From the NCBI GenBank assembly GCA_964485195.1, contig CAZAIK010000002.1:56972-76971 (forward strand): a stretch of 20,000 bases of DNA, read 5' to 3'. Numbering within the stretch: position 1 is the first letter of the stretch; every line of letters starts with the position of its first letter. The position numbers and the translations under genes are program-made. Below the pieces are notes generated by a model that had not been told where the DNA came from, searched no databases, and saw nothing but the letters and a program-made list of their open reading frames with translations. The stretch comes from an uncultured Methanosarcinales archaeon (lineage in GTDB: Archaea; Nanobdellota; Nanobdellia; Woesearchaeales; CAIVOO01). Below, piece by piece: positions 1 to 7,199 of this stretch.

Positions 1-451
1 AAACCACAGTGCCTTCCCTTACCTCCTCGCTGTTATTGACTCGGGAAAGGTTGAATGATGCTATGTTCCTCGGGTCATATTCCCCGTATGCAAGTTCAGG
101 AGGTATTGTAACAGTCTTTGTCTCACCATCCTCCATGCCATAAATTGCATCCTCAAATCCTTTTATGAAGCGGCCCTGGCCCACAACAAGCTCCAAAGGC
201 TCGTAACTTTTTTCAGGGTTATGGATTCCTGCCTCCCGCGCTGCTTTTTCAATATTGGTGTCAAAAACAGCACCTTTAACCATCGCAACATATTCCACCA
301 GCACAGTGTCTCCCTGGTCTGCAACCTCCGGCTTTTGAAAAACAAGGTATGTTGCTATTATTACAAGAATTATGGCGATGACAGCAAGAACAGTGTTCTT
401 GTTTCCTTTTAGTTTAACTTCCTCCTTTTTCCTCTTACTCTTTTTTTTCAT
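1..451 (-). CDS. FKBP-type peptidyl-prolyl cis-trans isomerase (archaeal SlyD-like) with N-terminal membrane anchor; 3' end runs off the window
   Basis: Manual translation from ATG 451: MKKKSKRKKEEVKLKGNKNTVLAVIAIILVIIATYLVFQKPEVADQGDTVLVEYVAMVKGAVFDTNIEKAAREAGIHNPEKSYEPLELVVGQGRFIKGFEDAIYGMEDGETKTVTIPPELAYG. FKBP motifs GDTVxVEY, FDT, PL..VG.G..IKGFE and IPPExAYG are present. Not in the ORF track because there is no stop in the window. Confidence 0.93.
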   Translation of the reverse strand, partial: MKKKSKRKKEEVKLKGNKNTVLAVIAIILVIIATYLVFQKPEVADQGDTVLVEYVAMVKGAVFDTNIEKAAREAGIHNPEKSYEPLELVVGQGRFIKGFEDAIYGMEDGETKTVTIPPELAYGEYDPRNIASFNLSRVNNSEEVREGTVV

Positions 452-647
452 CAGCAAGATCTTCCAGCGGCTTTTCCTTTGTAAGGTCAACACCCAAATC
501 CTGAAGTGCCTTCACGTGCATCTTCATAAGCTGCTCCACAATCTGCAGAAGTCGTGAAAGCTCCTGCCTTTCCTTTGCAAGAGTGCTTAATGCTCCCTTG
601 TGAAAGCCAACCTGTTCCTCCTTTGGAACATTCTTTTCCTCTGCCAT
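435..647 (-). CDS. Small helical/coiled-coil hypothetical protein (70 aa)
   Basis: ATG 647 lies 22 nt from a TTTATAAA box (669-676). Amphipathic helical sequence. The 3' end overlaps the FKBP start by 17 nt. Confidence 0.75.
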   Translation of the reverse strand: MAEEKNVPKEEQVGFHKGALSTLAKERQELSRLLQIVEQLMKMHVKALQDLGVDLTKEKPLEDLADEKKE

Positions 648-668
648 AAAACCCTGAAAAGCCGGTCT

Positions 669-676
669 TTTATAAA
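669..676 (-). promoter_or_regulatory. TATA box for the 70-aa gene/FKBP unit
   Basis: TTTATAAA 22 nt from ATG 647, the same spacing as at several other genes in the window. Confidence 0.65.
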
Positions 677-691
677 TATTTTGAAAAAGTG

Positions 692-1447
692 TTATTTTTG
701 GGCTAAATGCCTGTTAAACCAGGAAACAGAAAGTTCTATGAACTGGTCCAGTTGCTCTGTGAAATCGTGGTCTGCTCCGGCAATGATTTCAAGCCTGGAT
801 TCCTTTGAAAGGTATTTCATCGCGTTTTCTGAATCCTGCAAGGGCACTCTGTCATCCTTGTCCCCGTGAATGACAAGAACAGGGCATTCAATTCTTGAGC
901 ATAATGGTTTCTGGTCCACCTGCTCCCCGTCCTTCAGCATCTGCCTGTCAATAATTATTTTCTTTCTGACACCTTTGTCCCTTGTTTTTGTGATGTGCCC
1001 TTTTTCCTTGAGCTCCTGAAGCTGTTCAGCTGAATACCTCTGTTCCCGGGAGTATTTAATTTTTTCAGTCACAGGCGCCCACAAAACCATTGTTTTTATC
1101 CTTTCATCACAAACTTTAAGCGAGATCAAGCTGCCCAGGCTTAACCCCAGCAAGCCAATTCTTTTCAACCCTTTGCTCTCCACGTAACTTATTGCAGATT
1201 GCAGGTCATCAACCTGTTTGTCAACAGTAAGGGAATCATCATCGCTCTCTCCGCAGCCGCTAAAGTCAAAATTCAAGACATTATGCCCTTCATTGTTAAG
1301 GGCTTCTGCTGTTTTGTCAAACCTGCCTCATTCAGATTTATCGCCAGTGAATCCGTGGGACATTATGATAACCCTATTTGAATCTGCACCGTGAAAATTT
1401 CCAACCAGGTTCAATCCTCTTGAATTCTTAAAAACCACTTTCTGCAT
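692..1447 (-). pseudogene. Alpha/beta-fold hydrolase (esterase/peptidase S9-like) interrupted by an in-frame TGA at codon 40 (1328-1330)
   Basis: From ATG 1447: MQKVVFKNSRGLNLVGNFHGADSNRVIIMSHGFTGDKSE*GRFDKTAEALNNEGHNVLNFDFSGCGES, continuing in frame into ORF 692..1276. The oxyanion HGF motif precedes the stop. GLSLG nucleophile, HGDKD acid and GADH His follow it. Confidence 0.8.
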
Positions 1448-1469
1448 ATTGAACTAATCAAGAAAGAGG

Positions 1470-1512
1470 TTTATATAAATATATCGAGCATTAAATCAAT
1501 AACATTTAAAAA
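1470..1512. promoter_or_regulatory. Divergent promoters (hydrolase and 312-aa membrane protein)
   Basis: TTTATATAAA at 1470-1479 is 23 nt from ATG 1447 (-). TTTAAAAA at 1505-1512 is 25 nt from ATG 1537 (+). Confidence 0.55.
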
Positions 1513-1536
1513 CTCTGATCTGTTTGTTTTTCCATA

Positions 1537-2475
1537 ATGCGGGGCGACAGGAAGCTGGTGAAGTACATCAGGAAACAGCTTAACGCTGGATACACAAGGG
1601 GCGAGATAGTACCCCATCTTGTGAAAAGCGGACACAAGAGGGAGGTTGTTGAGAGGAACTTTGAGGTTGCCATCGCCCCAAAGACAAAATTTATTGAGAA
1701 GATTGTGGAGTTCCTCAGCATAGTTGCACTGGCAGTCCTTATATTCTGGGTGGGCTTTTCCTCAAACGCCCCCTTCGGCTCTGTGATAGCAGGATTTCTT
1801 CCTGCAATACTTTCATTGATATTTCTCATTTCAGTTGCGGAGACAGGGAGGCACGTGCGTTACTCGTGGGCAATGCCTGTTGTTTTCGCGGTTGCCTTCA
1901 TAATACTGGGCGCTGTGCAGGCCCCGCCTTTCGGAAGGATGGAAATTGGAAAGCTCGCATTCCTCAACCTAGTAATCTCATACATATTTCTTATAATAAT
2001 AAGTTATCCTGAGGCTTACAGGAAGGAGGAGCATTCAGAGCCCAAGGAGAAGGAGAAGAAGATAGGGCAGCATTTCAGCACCATAGAGGACAAGTGCAAG
2101 GCGCTTAATTTCGTTATCGGAAGGGTTTACCGCTCAAGCAACGGCGGGACGACTTCAATGCGGGACGAGATAAGGATTAGCAGCGACCTGTACAACGAGT
2201 TTGAAAGGCTGGTTAAGGAAGGCACCAAGGACGAGATGCTGAAGACGCTGGATCAGATAGGGGGCAGCATACTCAAGCTTCAGAAAACAGAAAAGGAAGT
2301 CCTGGGAAGCAAGGCCAGCCGCCTGAAAAATCTTATAAGGGACGAGCACGGCAACAGCAGGGTTATAGACGTGCTCGCAAAAAACGACAATGATCCTGTG
2401 ATGAACTACTACTCAGATGCGCTGGACTCTTACAACGAGATAAGAAAAAAGATAGAAGTTATGCATTCTGTTTAA
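1537..2475 (+). CDS. Hypothetical membrane protein (N-terminal helical module, about 4 TM segments, soluble C-terminal domain)
   Basis: 312-aa ORF with an upstream TATA box, four hydrophobic stretches at about aa 59-157 and a charged helical C-terminus. No family recognised. Confidence 0.85.
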   Translation: MRGDRKLVKYIRKQLNAGYTRGEIVPHLVKSGHKREVVERNFEVAIAPKTKFIEKIVEFLSIVALAVLIFWVGFSSNAPFGSVIAGFLPAILSLIFLISVAETGRHVRYSWAMPVVFAVAFIILGAVQAPPFGRMEIGKLAFLNLVISYIFLIIISYPEAYRKEEHSEPKEKEKKIGQHFSTIEDKCKALNFVIGRVYRSSNGGTTSMRDEIRISSDLYNEFERLVKEGTKDEMLKTLDQIGGSILKLQKTEKEVLGSKASRLKNLIRDEHGNSRVIDVLAKNDNDPVMNYYSDALDSYNEIRKKIEVMHSV

Positions 2476-2482
2476 AAACTTC

Positions 2483-2506
2483 AAAAAAAAAGATGTAATG
2501 AAAAAA
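2483..2506 (-). terminator. Oligo-T terminator-like tract after the YbhB/YbcL gene
   Basis: On the - strand T6 and T9 runs directly follow the TGA at 2508-2510, between convergent genes. Confidence 0.45.
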
Positions 2507-2507
2507 T

Positions 2508-3026
2508 TCAGGCCCTGCTGTAAAGCCCTACCAGTTCTCCCTTCGCAAGGATGCGGCCTTCCATTGCACCTTCCACATCTTCCTTTTTGGCATCGCTTCC
2601 CAGGTCAAGTGTGGTGTCCAATGCATAGACCTTGAAAAAATACCTGTGGGTGCCTGAAGGCGGGCACGGCCCTCCGTAATGATTCTTCTTGAAACTGTTA
2701 ATGCCTTCTGTTCCGGGAATGCTGTTCTCCTCTATCAGCTCTCTCGGAGGGATATTCCAAATAACCCAGTGCACCCAGGTTCCGGCAGGAGCGTCAGGAT
2801 CATCAACTATAAGAACCAGTGTCTGGGTTCTGTCAGGAATGTTCTTGATGTTCAAGGGCGGGTTTATGTCCTGCCCGTCGCAGGTGTATTTCTCGGGAAT
2901 GTTCCCGTTGTCTGTGAATGCAGTGCTTGTAACTTCCATTTTGTCCATTTTTTCCACCCCGTTTTTTGTTTCTGCAGCGCAGGCTGTCAAAAAAACCAAA
3001 GCAAGTATAAGGATTAAGCGCCTCAT
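2508..3026 (-). CDS. YbhB/YbcL family (PEBP/Raf kinase inhibitor-like) protein with a lipoprotein-type signal peptide
   Basis: Motifs YTCDG, DPDAP, WVHW, GPCPPSGTHRYFF. N-terminus MRRLILILALVFLTAC (lipobox-like). Start 3026 chosen because TTTATAAA (3048-3055) is 22 nt away. Confidence 0.93.
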   Translation of the reverse strand: MRRLILILALVFLTACAAETKNGVEKMDKMEVTSTAFTDNGNIPEKYTCDGQDINPPLNIKNIPDRTQTLVLIVDDPDAPAGTWVHWVIWNIPPRELIEENSIPGTEGINSFKKNHYGGPCPPSGTHRYFFKVYALDTTLDLGSDAKKEDVEGAMEGRILAKGELVGLYSRA

Positions 3027-3056
3027 ACTCATTAAATAACTCAATGATTTATAAAA

Positions 3057-4154
3057 TTATTCCAGGTGGATCTCCACAATGTCATCGTCCTGCACCTCGT
3101 GATGCAATGACTTCTTCTGGCCGGGGAATTTTGCGGATTTTCCCCACACCCTTGCATACTTGAATCTTTTAACAAAATCCCTGTGAATCTTTTCGCACAC
3201 AGTCCTGACTGTTGCAGGCGCCTTTATTACAAGAGGCTCTTCCAGGTCTGCTTTTTTGCCTGCCTCTTTCATGTAAATCCTGATAAAGCTGAGGGTGTCA
3301 AATATTTTTTCCTTGAGCTTTACAATGCCCTTCCCTTTCTTTGCCGAGATAGGAATTGCCTTGAGCTTTCTGGTCATCAGCTCTACGACTTCCCTGGGGG
3401 CAGTGTCTATCTTGTTAAGAACTGTTATTGCCGGCACATAATGCTTATTCCCTTCTATGCAGTCGATGAGTTCGTCAGCATTTATATTGTCTCGTATCAC
3501 GACGTCTGCATTGCTTATCCTGAATTCTTTCAGGATGTCCTTTATGGTCTGCTCGTCAAGATAGGTGAGCCTTACAGTTGAGCTCACATCAATGCCGTCT
3601 TTTGCCTTCTTCACTATCTTCACGTCCGGCTTTCTTGTGTTGATCCTGATGTGGAAATCATAAAGCTCCCGTTTCAGCACTTCATACTGCTCTTCGGGAT
3701 TCAGGACGTCAAGGACAAAGAGAACAAGGTCGCACGACCTTGTGACTGAAAGCACTTCCTTTCCCCTCCCTGTTCCTGCAGCAGCCCCTTTCAGGACTCC
3801 TGGCACGTCAAGGATCTGAATCTTTGCGTGGTTGCATTCCATCACCCCAGGAATAACTGTTAATGTGGTGAATGCATAAGCAGCTGTTTTAGACTCTGCC
3901 CTGGTCAGCTTTGTCAGCAATGTTGATTTTCCAACCGAGGGAAACCCGACCATTATGACTGTCGCGTCGCCGCTTTTCCTTACAGAATAGCCTTCTCCCT
4001 TGCTTTTCTTCGTCCCCCTGTGCTCCTGCTTTTCCTTCAGTCTGGCGAGCTTTGCCTTGAGCAGGCCTATGTGGTGCTGCGTTGCCTTATTGTAGGGAGT
4101 TCTCCTTATTTCATCCTCAATTGCTTTTATCTCCTCTTCAACAGTCATTTTCAT
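3057..4154 (-). CDS. drg: DRG/RBG1-family OBG GTPase with C-terminal TGS domain
   Basis: N-terminal NKATQHHIGLLKAKLARL, G1 GFPSVGKS, YAFTT, DVPG, NKID, C-terminal WGKSAKFPGQ. Start is 4154 or 4148. Confidence 0.95.
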   Translation of the reverse strand: MKMTVEEEIKAIEDEIRRTPYNKATQHHIGLLKAKLARLKEKQEHRGTKKSKGEGYSVRKSGDATVIMVGFPSVGKSTLLTKLTRAESKTAAYAFTTLTVIPGVMECNHAKIQILDVPGVLKGAAAGTGRGKEVLSVTRSCDLVLFVLDVLNPEEQYEVLKRELYDFHIRINTRKPDVKIVKKAKDGIDVSSTVRLTYLDEQTIKDILKEFRISNADVVIRDNINADELIDCIEGNKHYVPAITVLNKIDTAPREVVELMTRKLKAIPISAKKGKGIVKLKEKIFDTLSFIRIYMKEAGKKADLEEPLVIKAPATVRTVCEKIHRDFVKRFKYARVWGKSAKFPGQKKSLHHEVQDDDIVEIHLE

Positions 4155-4180
4155 TGAATATTATTCAAAATGTTTATAAA
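4154..4180. promoter_or_regulatory. Bidirectional TATA box plus a 15-bp palindrome
   Basis: Self-complementary TTTATAAA at 4173-4180 lies between divergent starts (4154/4148 and 4202). TTGAATA-T-TATTCAA is at 4154-4168. Confidence 0.55.
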
Positions 4181-4201
4181 TTTAATCAGATAAGGGAGTA
4201 T

Positions 4202-4705
4202 ATGCTTGAGCAATTTTACACTCCGGTGGTGGATACTTTCTTTAGCATAATCTCGGCACTGGCAATTTTTCTTATTGCCCTGATAGTGGGGAAGTTTGCG
4301 GGGCTTATAGTAACCAACCTCATTTACGAACTGAAGATAGAGGAGATACTTGAAACAGTGGGGTTCAAGTTTTTCATAAGCAAGGTTGCCGGAATGGCTG
4401 TTTCCCTGGCAATTTACATCACAGGAATAGTCATCGCCCTCAACCAGCTCGGGATCACAAGGATTGTGGTAATAGTGCTGGCAGTATTCTTCGCAGTAAT
4501 AATAGCGCTTGCGATATTCCTGGGAGTGGCTGACATAATAAGGAATTTCTTCCTGGGGCTGTTCTTGCGGAAGAGATACCTGGGTAAAAGAATGGTTAAC
4601 ATTGAGCCTGTTAAGGGGAAGGTTGTTGAAGTCGGCTTTACAAGAATAAAAGTCCTGACAAAGGAAAAGGATTTGCTGGTGGTTCCTTTCAGCGCGTTAG
4701 ATTGA
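4202..4705 (+). CDS. Small MscS-like (TM_helix/CmpX-type) mechanosensitive channel family membrane protein
   Basis: ATG 4202 is 22 nt from the TATA box. Three hydrophobic segments, ALNQLGI, NFFLG, then the beta-domain-like GKVVEVGFTRIKVLTKEKDLLVVPFS. Confidence 0.75.
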   Translation: MLEQFYTPVVDTFFSIISALAIFLIALIVGKFAGLIVTNLIYELKIEEILETVGFKFFISKVAGMAVSLAIYITGIVIALNQLGITRIVVIVLAVFFAVIIALAIFLGVADIIRNFFLGLFLRKRYLGKRMVNIEPVKGKVVEVGFTRIKVLTKEKDLLVVPFSALD

Positions 4706-4936
4706 TTCCAGCTGGCTGATGACGTTGTAAAGCTGGGTCCTTGAATATGCCTGCAGGTTCCTGTCATCCACTATGCTCTCAAGCTCGTGCATGGCCTTGC
4801 TTATTTTCATGGAAACGTCCCCCTCATCATTAAGAATGTCTATGACAATGTTAACCTTGTCCTTCAGGTTCTTGGGAAGTGTATTGTCTTCAGAAAGCTC
4901 CTTCATAAACTCCACAACTTCAATAAGCACGTTCAT
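4697..4936 (-). CDS. UPF0147 family protein
   Basis: 79 aa with D.TLPKN and DRNLQAYSRTQLYNVISQLES, matching the family pattern. Starts 3 nt after the pfdB stop. Confidence 0.85.
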   Translation of the reverse strand: MNVLIEVVEFMKELSEDNTLPKNLKDKVNIVIDILNDEGDVSMKISKAMHELESIVDDRNLQAYSRTQLYNVISQLESI

Positions 4937-4939
4937 CTT

Positions 4940-5269
4940 TCATTCCTTTTTCTGCTCTTTGTGTTTTTTCAGAATCTCTTCCCTTAGCTTTTTCACGTTT
5001 TCCTGCGCCTTTTCTTCCTGCTTCTCAATATTCTTGAGCCTCAGGGAAAGCATTTCATTGCGCTCTTTCAGTTCTTTTTCCACATTCTCTTTTTTGGACT
5101 TGAGCATCAAGCTTCCCACAATCTTGTAGACTGTGTCAGTATTCTTGATTTCCTCCTGTGCAGATTCCACTTCAAGAAGTTGCGCCTGAAAGGACTGCTT
5201 TTGCATTAGCAGCTGCTGCATGTTCTGCTCAGCCCTTTGCAGTTCCTGAACCTTTTCTTCTGCGTTCAT
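4940..5269 (-). CDS. pfdB: Prefoldin beta subunit
   Basis: Coiled coil - VYKIVGSLML beta hairpin - coiled coil. Canonical position after rpl37ae-rpoP-pcc1. Confidence 0.95.
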   Translation of the reverse strand: MNAEEKVQELQRAEQNMQQLLMQKQSFQAQLLEVESAQEEIKNTDTVYKIVGSLMLKSKKENVEKELKERNEMLSLRLKNIEKQEEKAQENVKKLREEILKKHKEQKKE

Positions 5270-5487
5270 TTTAATTTCATCTTTTCGTGGACAGTGAGCA
5301 GCTGTGTTATTGTATTTACTGTTGCCCTCAAAGCAGTTGCATCCTTTGCCTCCACTTCAAAAATAACATCTCCCCCTTGTTTTTTGACTGAATATTTTGA
5401 GCGTTCCTTGTCAATTCCTTCCGGAGCGAAGCATTCCAGCAGGCTTTCCCGGTTTCCTGTAACCTTTATACTGGCTGAATACTTCAT
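5266..5487 (-). CDS. pcc1: KEOPS complex Pcc1 subunit
   Basis: From ATG 5487: MKYSASIKV...ERS...FEVEAKDATALRATVNTITQLL, the Pcc1 signature AxDxxALRAxxN. ATGA overlaps with rpoP upstream and pfdB downstream. Confidence 0.9.
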   Translation of the reverse strand: MKYSASIKVTGNRESLLECFAPEGIDKERSKYSVKKQGGDVIFEVEAKDATALRATVNTITQLLTVHEKMKLK

Positions 5488-5618
5488 CTTGCCTTTATCT
5501 TTGTGGCAACAGTCCTGGGCTTGAAAAGTATCTTGCTGCCGCAGTAAGGACACCTGACTTTCTTTCTCAAATACTCATCACTTACTTTCTTGTTACAGTA
5601 AAAGCATTTGTATTCCAT
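5484..5618 (-). CDS. rpoP: DNA-directed RNA polymerase subunit P (Rpo12)
   Basis: Manual translation (44 aa, below the ORF-track cutoff): MEYKCFYCNKKVSDEYLRKKVRCPYCGSKILFKPRTVATKIKAR. Zn ribbon CxxC..CPYCG, K.R motif and terminal KAR. Confidence 0.96.
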   Translation of the reverse strand: MEYKCFYCNKKVSDEYLRKKVRCPYCGSKILFKPRTVATKIKAR

Positions 5619-5620
5619 TT

Positions 5621-5914
5621 TCAAACCGCCTCTTCTGTTTTTTTGCTCTTGAAGACAGCCTCTTTCTCTTCCTTCTTCGCAGTGCCTGCCTTAACCTTTT
5701 CTTCAAGATAGTATGCGTTGCCTGTGAATTTAGAATTGCACTTTCCGCATTGCCATATGCCGACAGCGAGCCTTTTGGCGGCGGTTTTCATGCAGTAGGG
5801 GCACTTGCCCAGCTTTTTGGATTTCTTCTCTATGTCAGCCAGCTTGTTCTTGAGCCTTCTCCCGTACCTGGGGCCAAAACGCTTAACAGAACCATATTTT
5901 TTTTTAGCTGCCAT
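5621..5914 (-). CDS. rpl37ae: 50S ribosomal protein L37Ae (eL43)
   Basis: From ATG 5914: RFGPRYG, CPYC, KRLAVGIWQCGKC, FTGNAY. The track's 5950 start is an upstream non-ATG extension. Confidence 0.96.
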   Translation of the reverse strand: MAAKKKYGSVKRFGPRYGRRLKNKLADIEKKSKKLGKCPYCMKTAAKRLAVGIWQCGKCNSKFTGNAYYLEEKVKAGTAKKEEKEAVFKSKKTEEAV

Positions 5915-5983
5915 TTTCTTACCATTACACCAATTTGGATTTGGAGGCAATATTTAAAGATTTCTCTCAAAACTTTGGTTATA

Positions 5984-5991
5984 TTTATAAA
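5984..5991 (+). promoter_or_regulatory. TATA box for aRF1
   Basis: TTTATAAA 23 nt before ATG 6014. Confidence 0.65.
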
Positions 5992-6013
5992 TCATTCGTT
6001 TTTAAGTTTTATT

Positions 6014-7114
6014 ATGTCTGAAGAAGAGAAAAAACAGCACAAACTGAAAAGAGTAGTGAAGGAACTTGGCCAGCATAGAGGGCGCCATACAGAACTGGTG
6101 TCTGTGTACATACCCGCTGGCTATGATATCAACAAGATTGTAAACCATCTTCAGCAGGAGCAGGGCACTGCTGAAAACATCAAGTCAGCCTCAACAAGAA
6201 AGAACGTCATATCTGCCCTTGAAAAGATGATACAGCATCTGAAGCTGTACCCAAAAACCCCTGAGAACGGGCTTGCTGTCTTTTCAGGCAATGTTGCAGA
6301 GAGGGAAGGCCAGACAGACGTTAGGGTGTGGGCTGTGGAACCGCCTGTCCCCCTCAACATCAGGATTTACAGGTGCGACAAGGAGTTCGTGCTGGAACCG
6401 CTTAAGGAAATGCTTGAGGTAAAGGACGTTTATGCCCTGCTGGCAATGGACAGGAGAGAGGCGGACCTGGCGCTCTTGAAAGGGAAGCAGATAATATCCT
6501 TGATGTCGGTCCACTCAAATGTTCCCGGAAAGTACAAGACAGGAGGGCAGTCAGCCAGAAGGTTTGAGATGAACAGGGAGCTGGCAGCAAAGGAATTTTA
6601 CAGGAAAATCGCAGAGCTGATGAAGGAAAAGCTCTTTTCCATGGGAAAGAATCTCAAGGGAATCCTTGTGGGAGGGCCCGGCCCCACCAAGCACGAGTTC
6701 ATAGAGACAGGACACCTGGTCACAGAGCTGAAGGAAAAGATAATAGGTGTCAAGGACTTGTCTTACACCGGCGATTTCGGGCTTCACGAACTTGTGGAAA
6801 AATCACAGGACATACTTGCATCTGAAGCGATAGCAGAGGAAAAGCAGATAGTGCAGAAGTTCCTGGAACTGCTGGCCGCAAAGCCCGAAGCAGTTGCCTA
6901 CGGCAGGACAGAAGTGGAAAAGGACCTGGAAATGGGAGCAGTGGAAACGCTTCTCCTGTCAGACACACTGACGGACGAAGTGACTGACACATTATCTGAA
7001 AAGGCAGAGCAGTCAGGAGCGGAAGTTAAGATAATCAGCACAGAGACAAGGGAGGGGTTCCAGCTGGCAGAGATGGGAGGCATAGCAGCCATTTTGAGGT
7101 ATGAAATTCATTAA
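6014..7114 (+). CDS. prf1: Peptide chain release factor aRF1 (366 aa)
   Basis: TELVSVYIP, NIKS, YRCDKEF (YxCxxxF), GGQS, GGPG and terminal GGIAAILRY. The real start is ATG 6014; the track's 5750 start overlaps rpl37ae. Confidence 0.97.
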   Translation: MSEEEKKQHKLKRVVKELGQHRGRHTELVSVYIPAGYDINKIVNHLQQEQGTAENIKSASTRKNVISALEKMIQHLKLYPKTPENGLAVFSGNVAEREGQTDVRVWAVEPPVPLNIRIYRCDKEFVLEPLKEMLEVKDVYALLAMDRREADLALLKGKQIISLMSVHSNVPGKYKTGGQSARRFEMNRELAAKEFYRKIAELMKEKLFSMGKNLKGILVGGPGPTKHEFIETGHLVTELKEKIIGVKDLSYTGDFGLHELVEKSQDILASEAIAEEKQIVQKFLELLAAKPEAVAYGRTEVEKDLEMGAVETLLLSDTLTDEVTDTLSEKAEQSGAEVKIISTETREGFQLAEMGGIAAILRYEIH

Positions 7115-7199
7115 AGAAAGTATGCTGGCTTATTTTGAAATAGAAAAATCATTAATTGTCTCGCATTAACCTTGCTTCTTCAACAACTGCATTTGCTCT

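Noticed and set aside
163..869. ORF-track entries 163..345, 221..412, 372..557 and 600..869
   Set aside because: They are alternate-frame or antisense shadows of the FKBP, 70-aa and hydrolase genes, with no motifs.
1328..1330. Genome-wide UGA reassignment or selenocysteine at the hydrolase TGA
   Set aside because: TGA ends 11 well-supported genes here, five in ATGA stop/start overlaps (rpoP/pcc1, pcc1/pfdB, rpl40e/S2P, cca/DHFR, CPA/rhomboid). The site is not a redox Cys position, and the short 3' region is just the next promoter with no SECIS-like hairpin.
5488..5553. Longer Pcc1 start at 5553
   Set aside because: It lies inside rpoP in another frame. ATG 5487 gives the ATGA coupling.
5750..6013. 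88-aa N-terminal extension of aRF1
   Set aside because: It is antisense to rpl37ae and spans the promoter. The TATA box supports ATG 6014.
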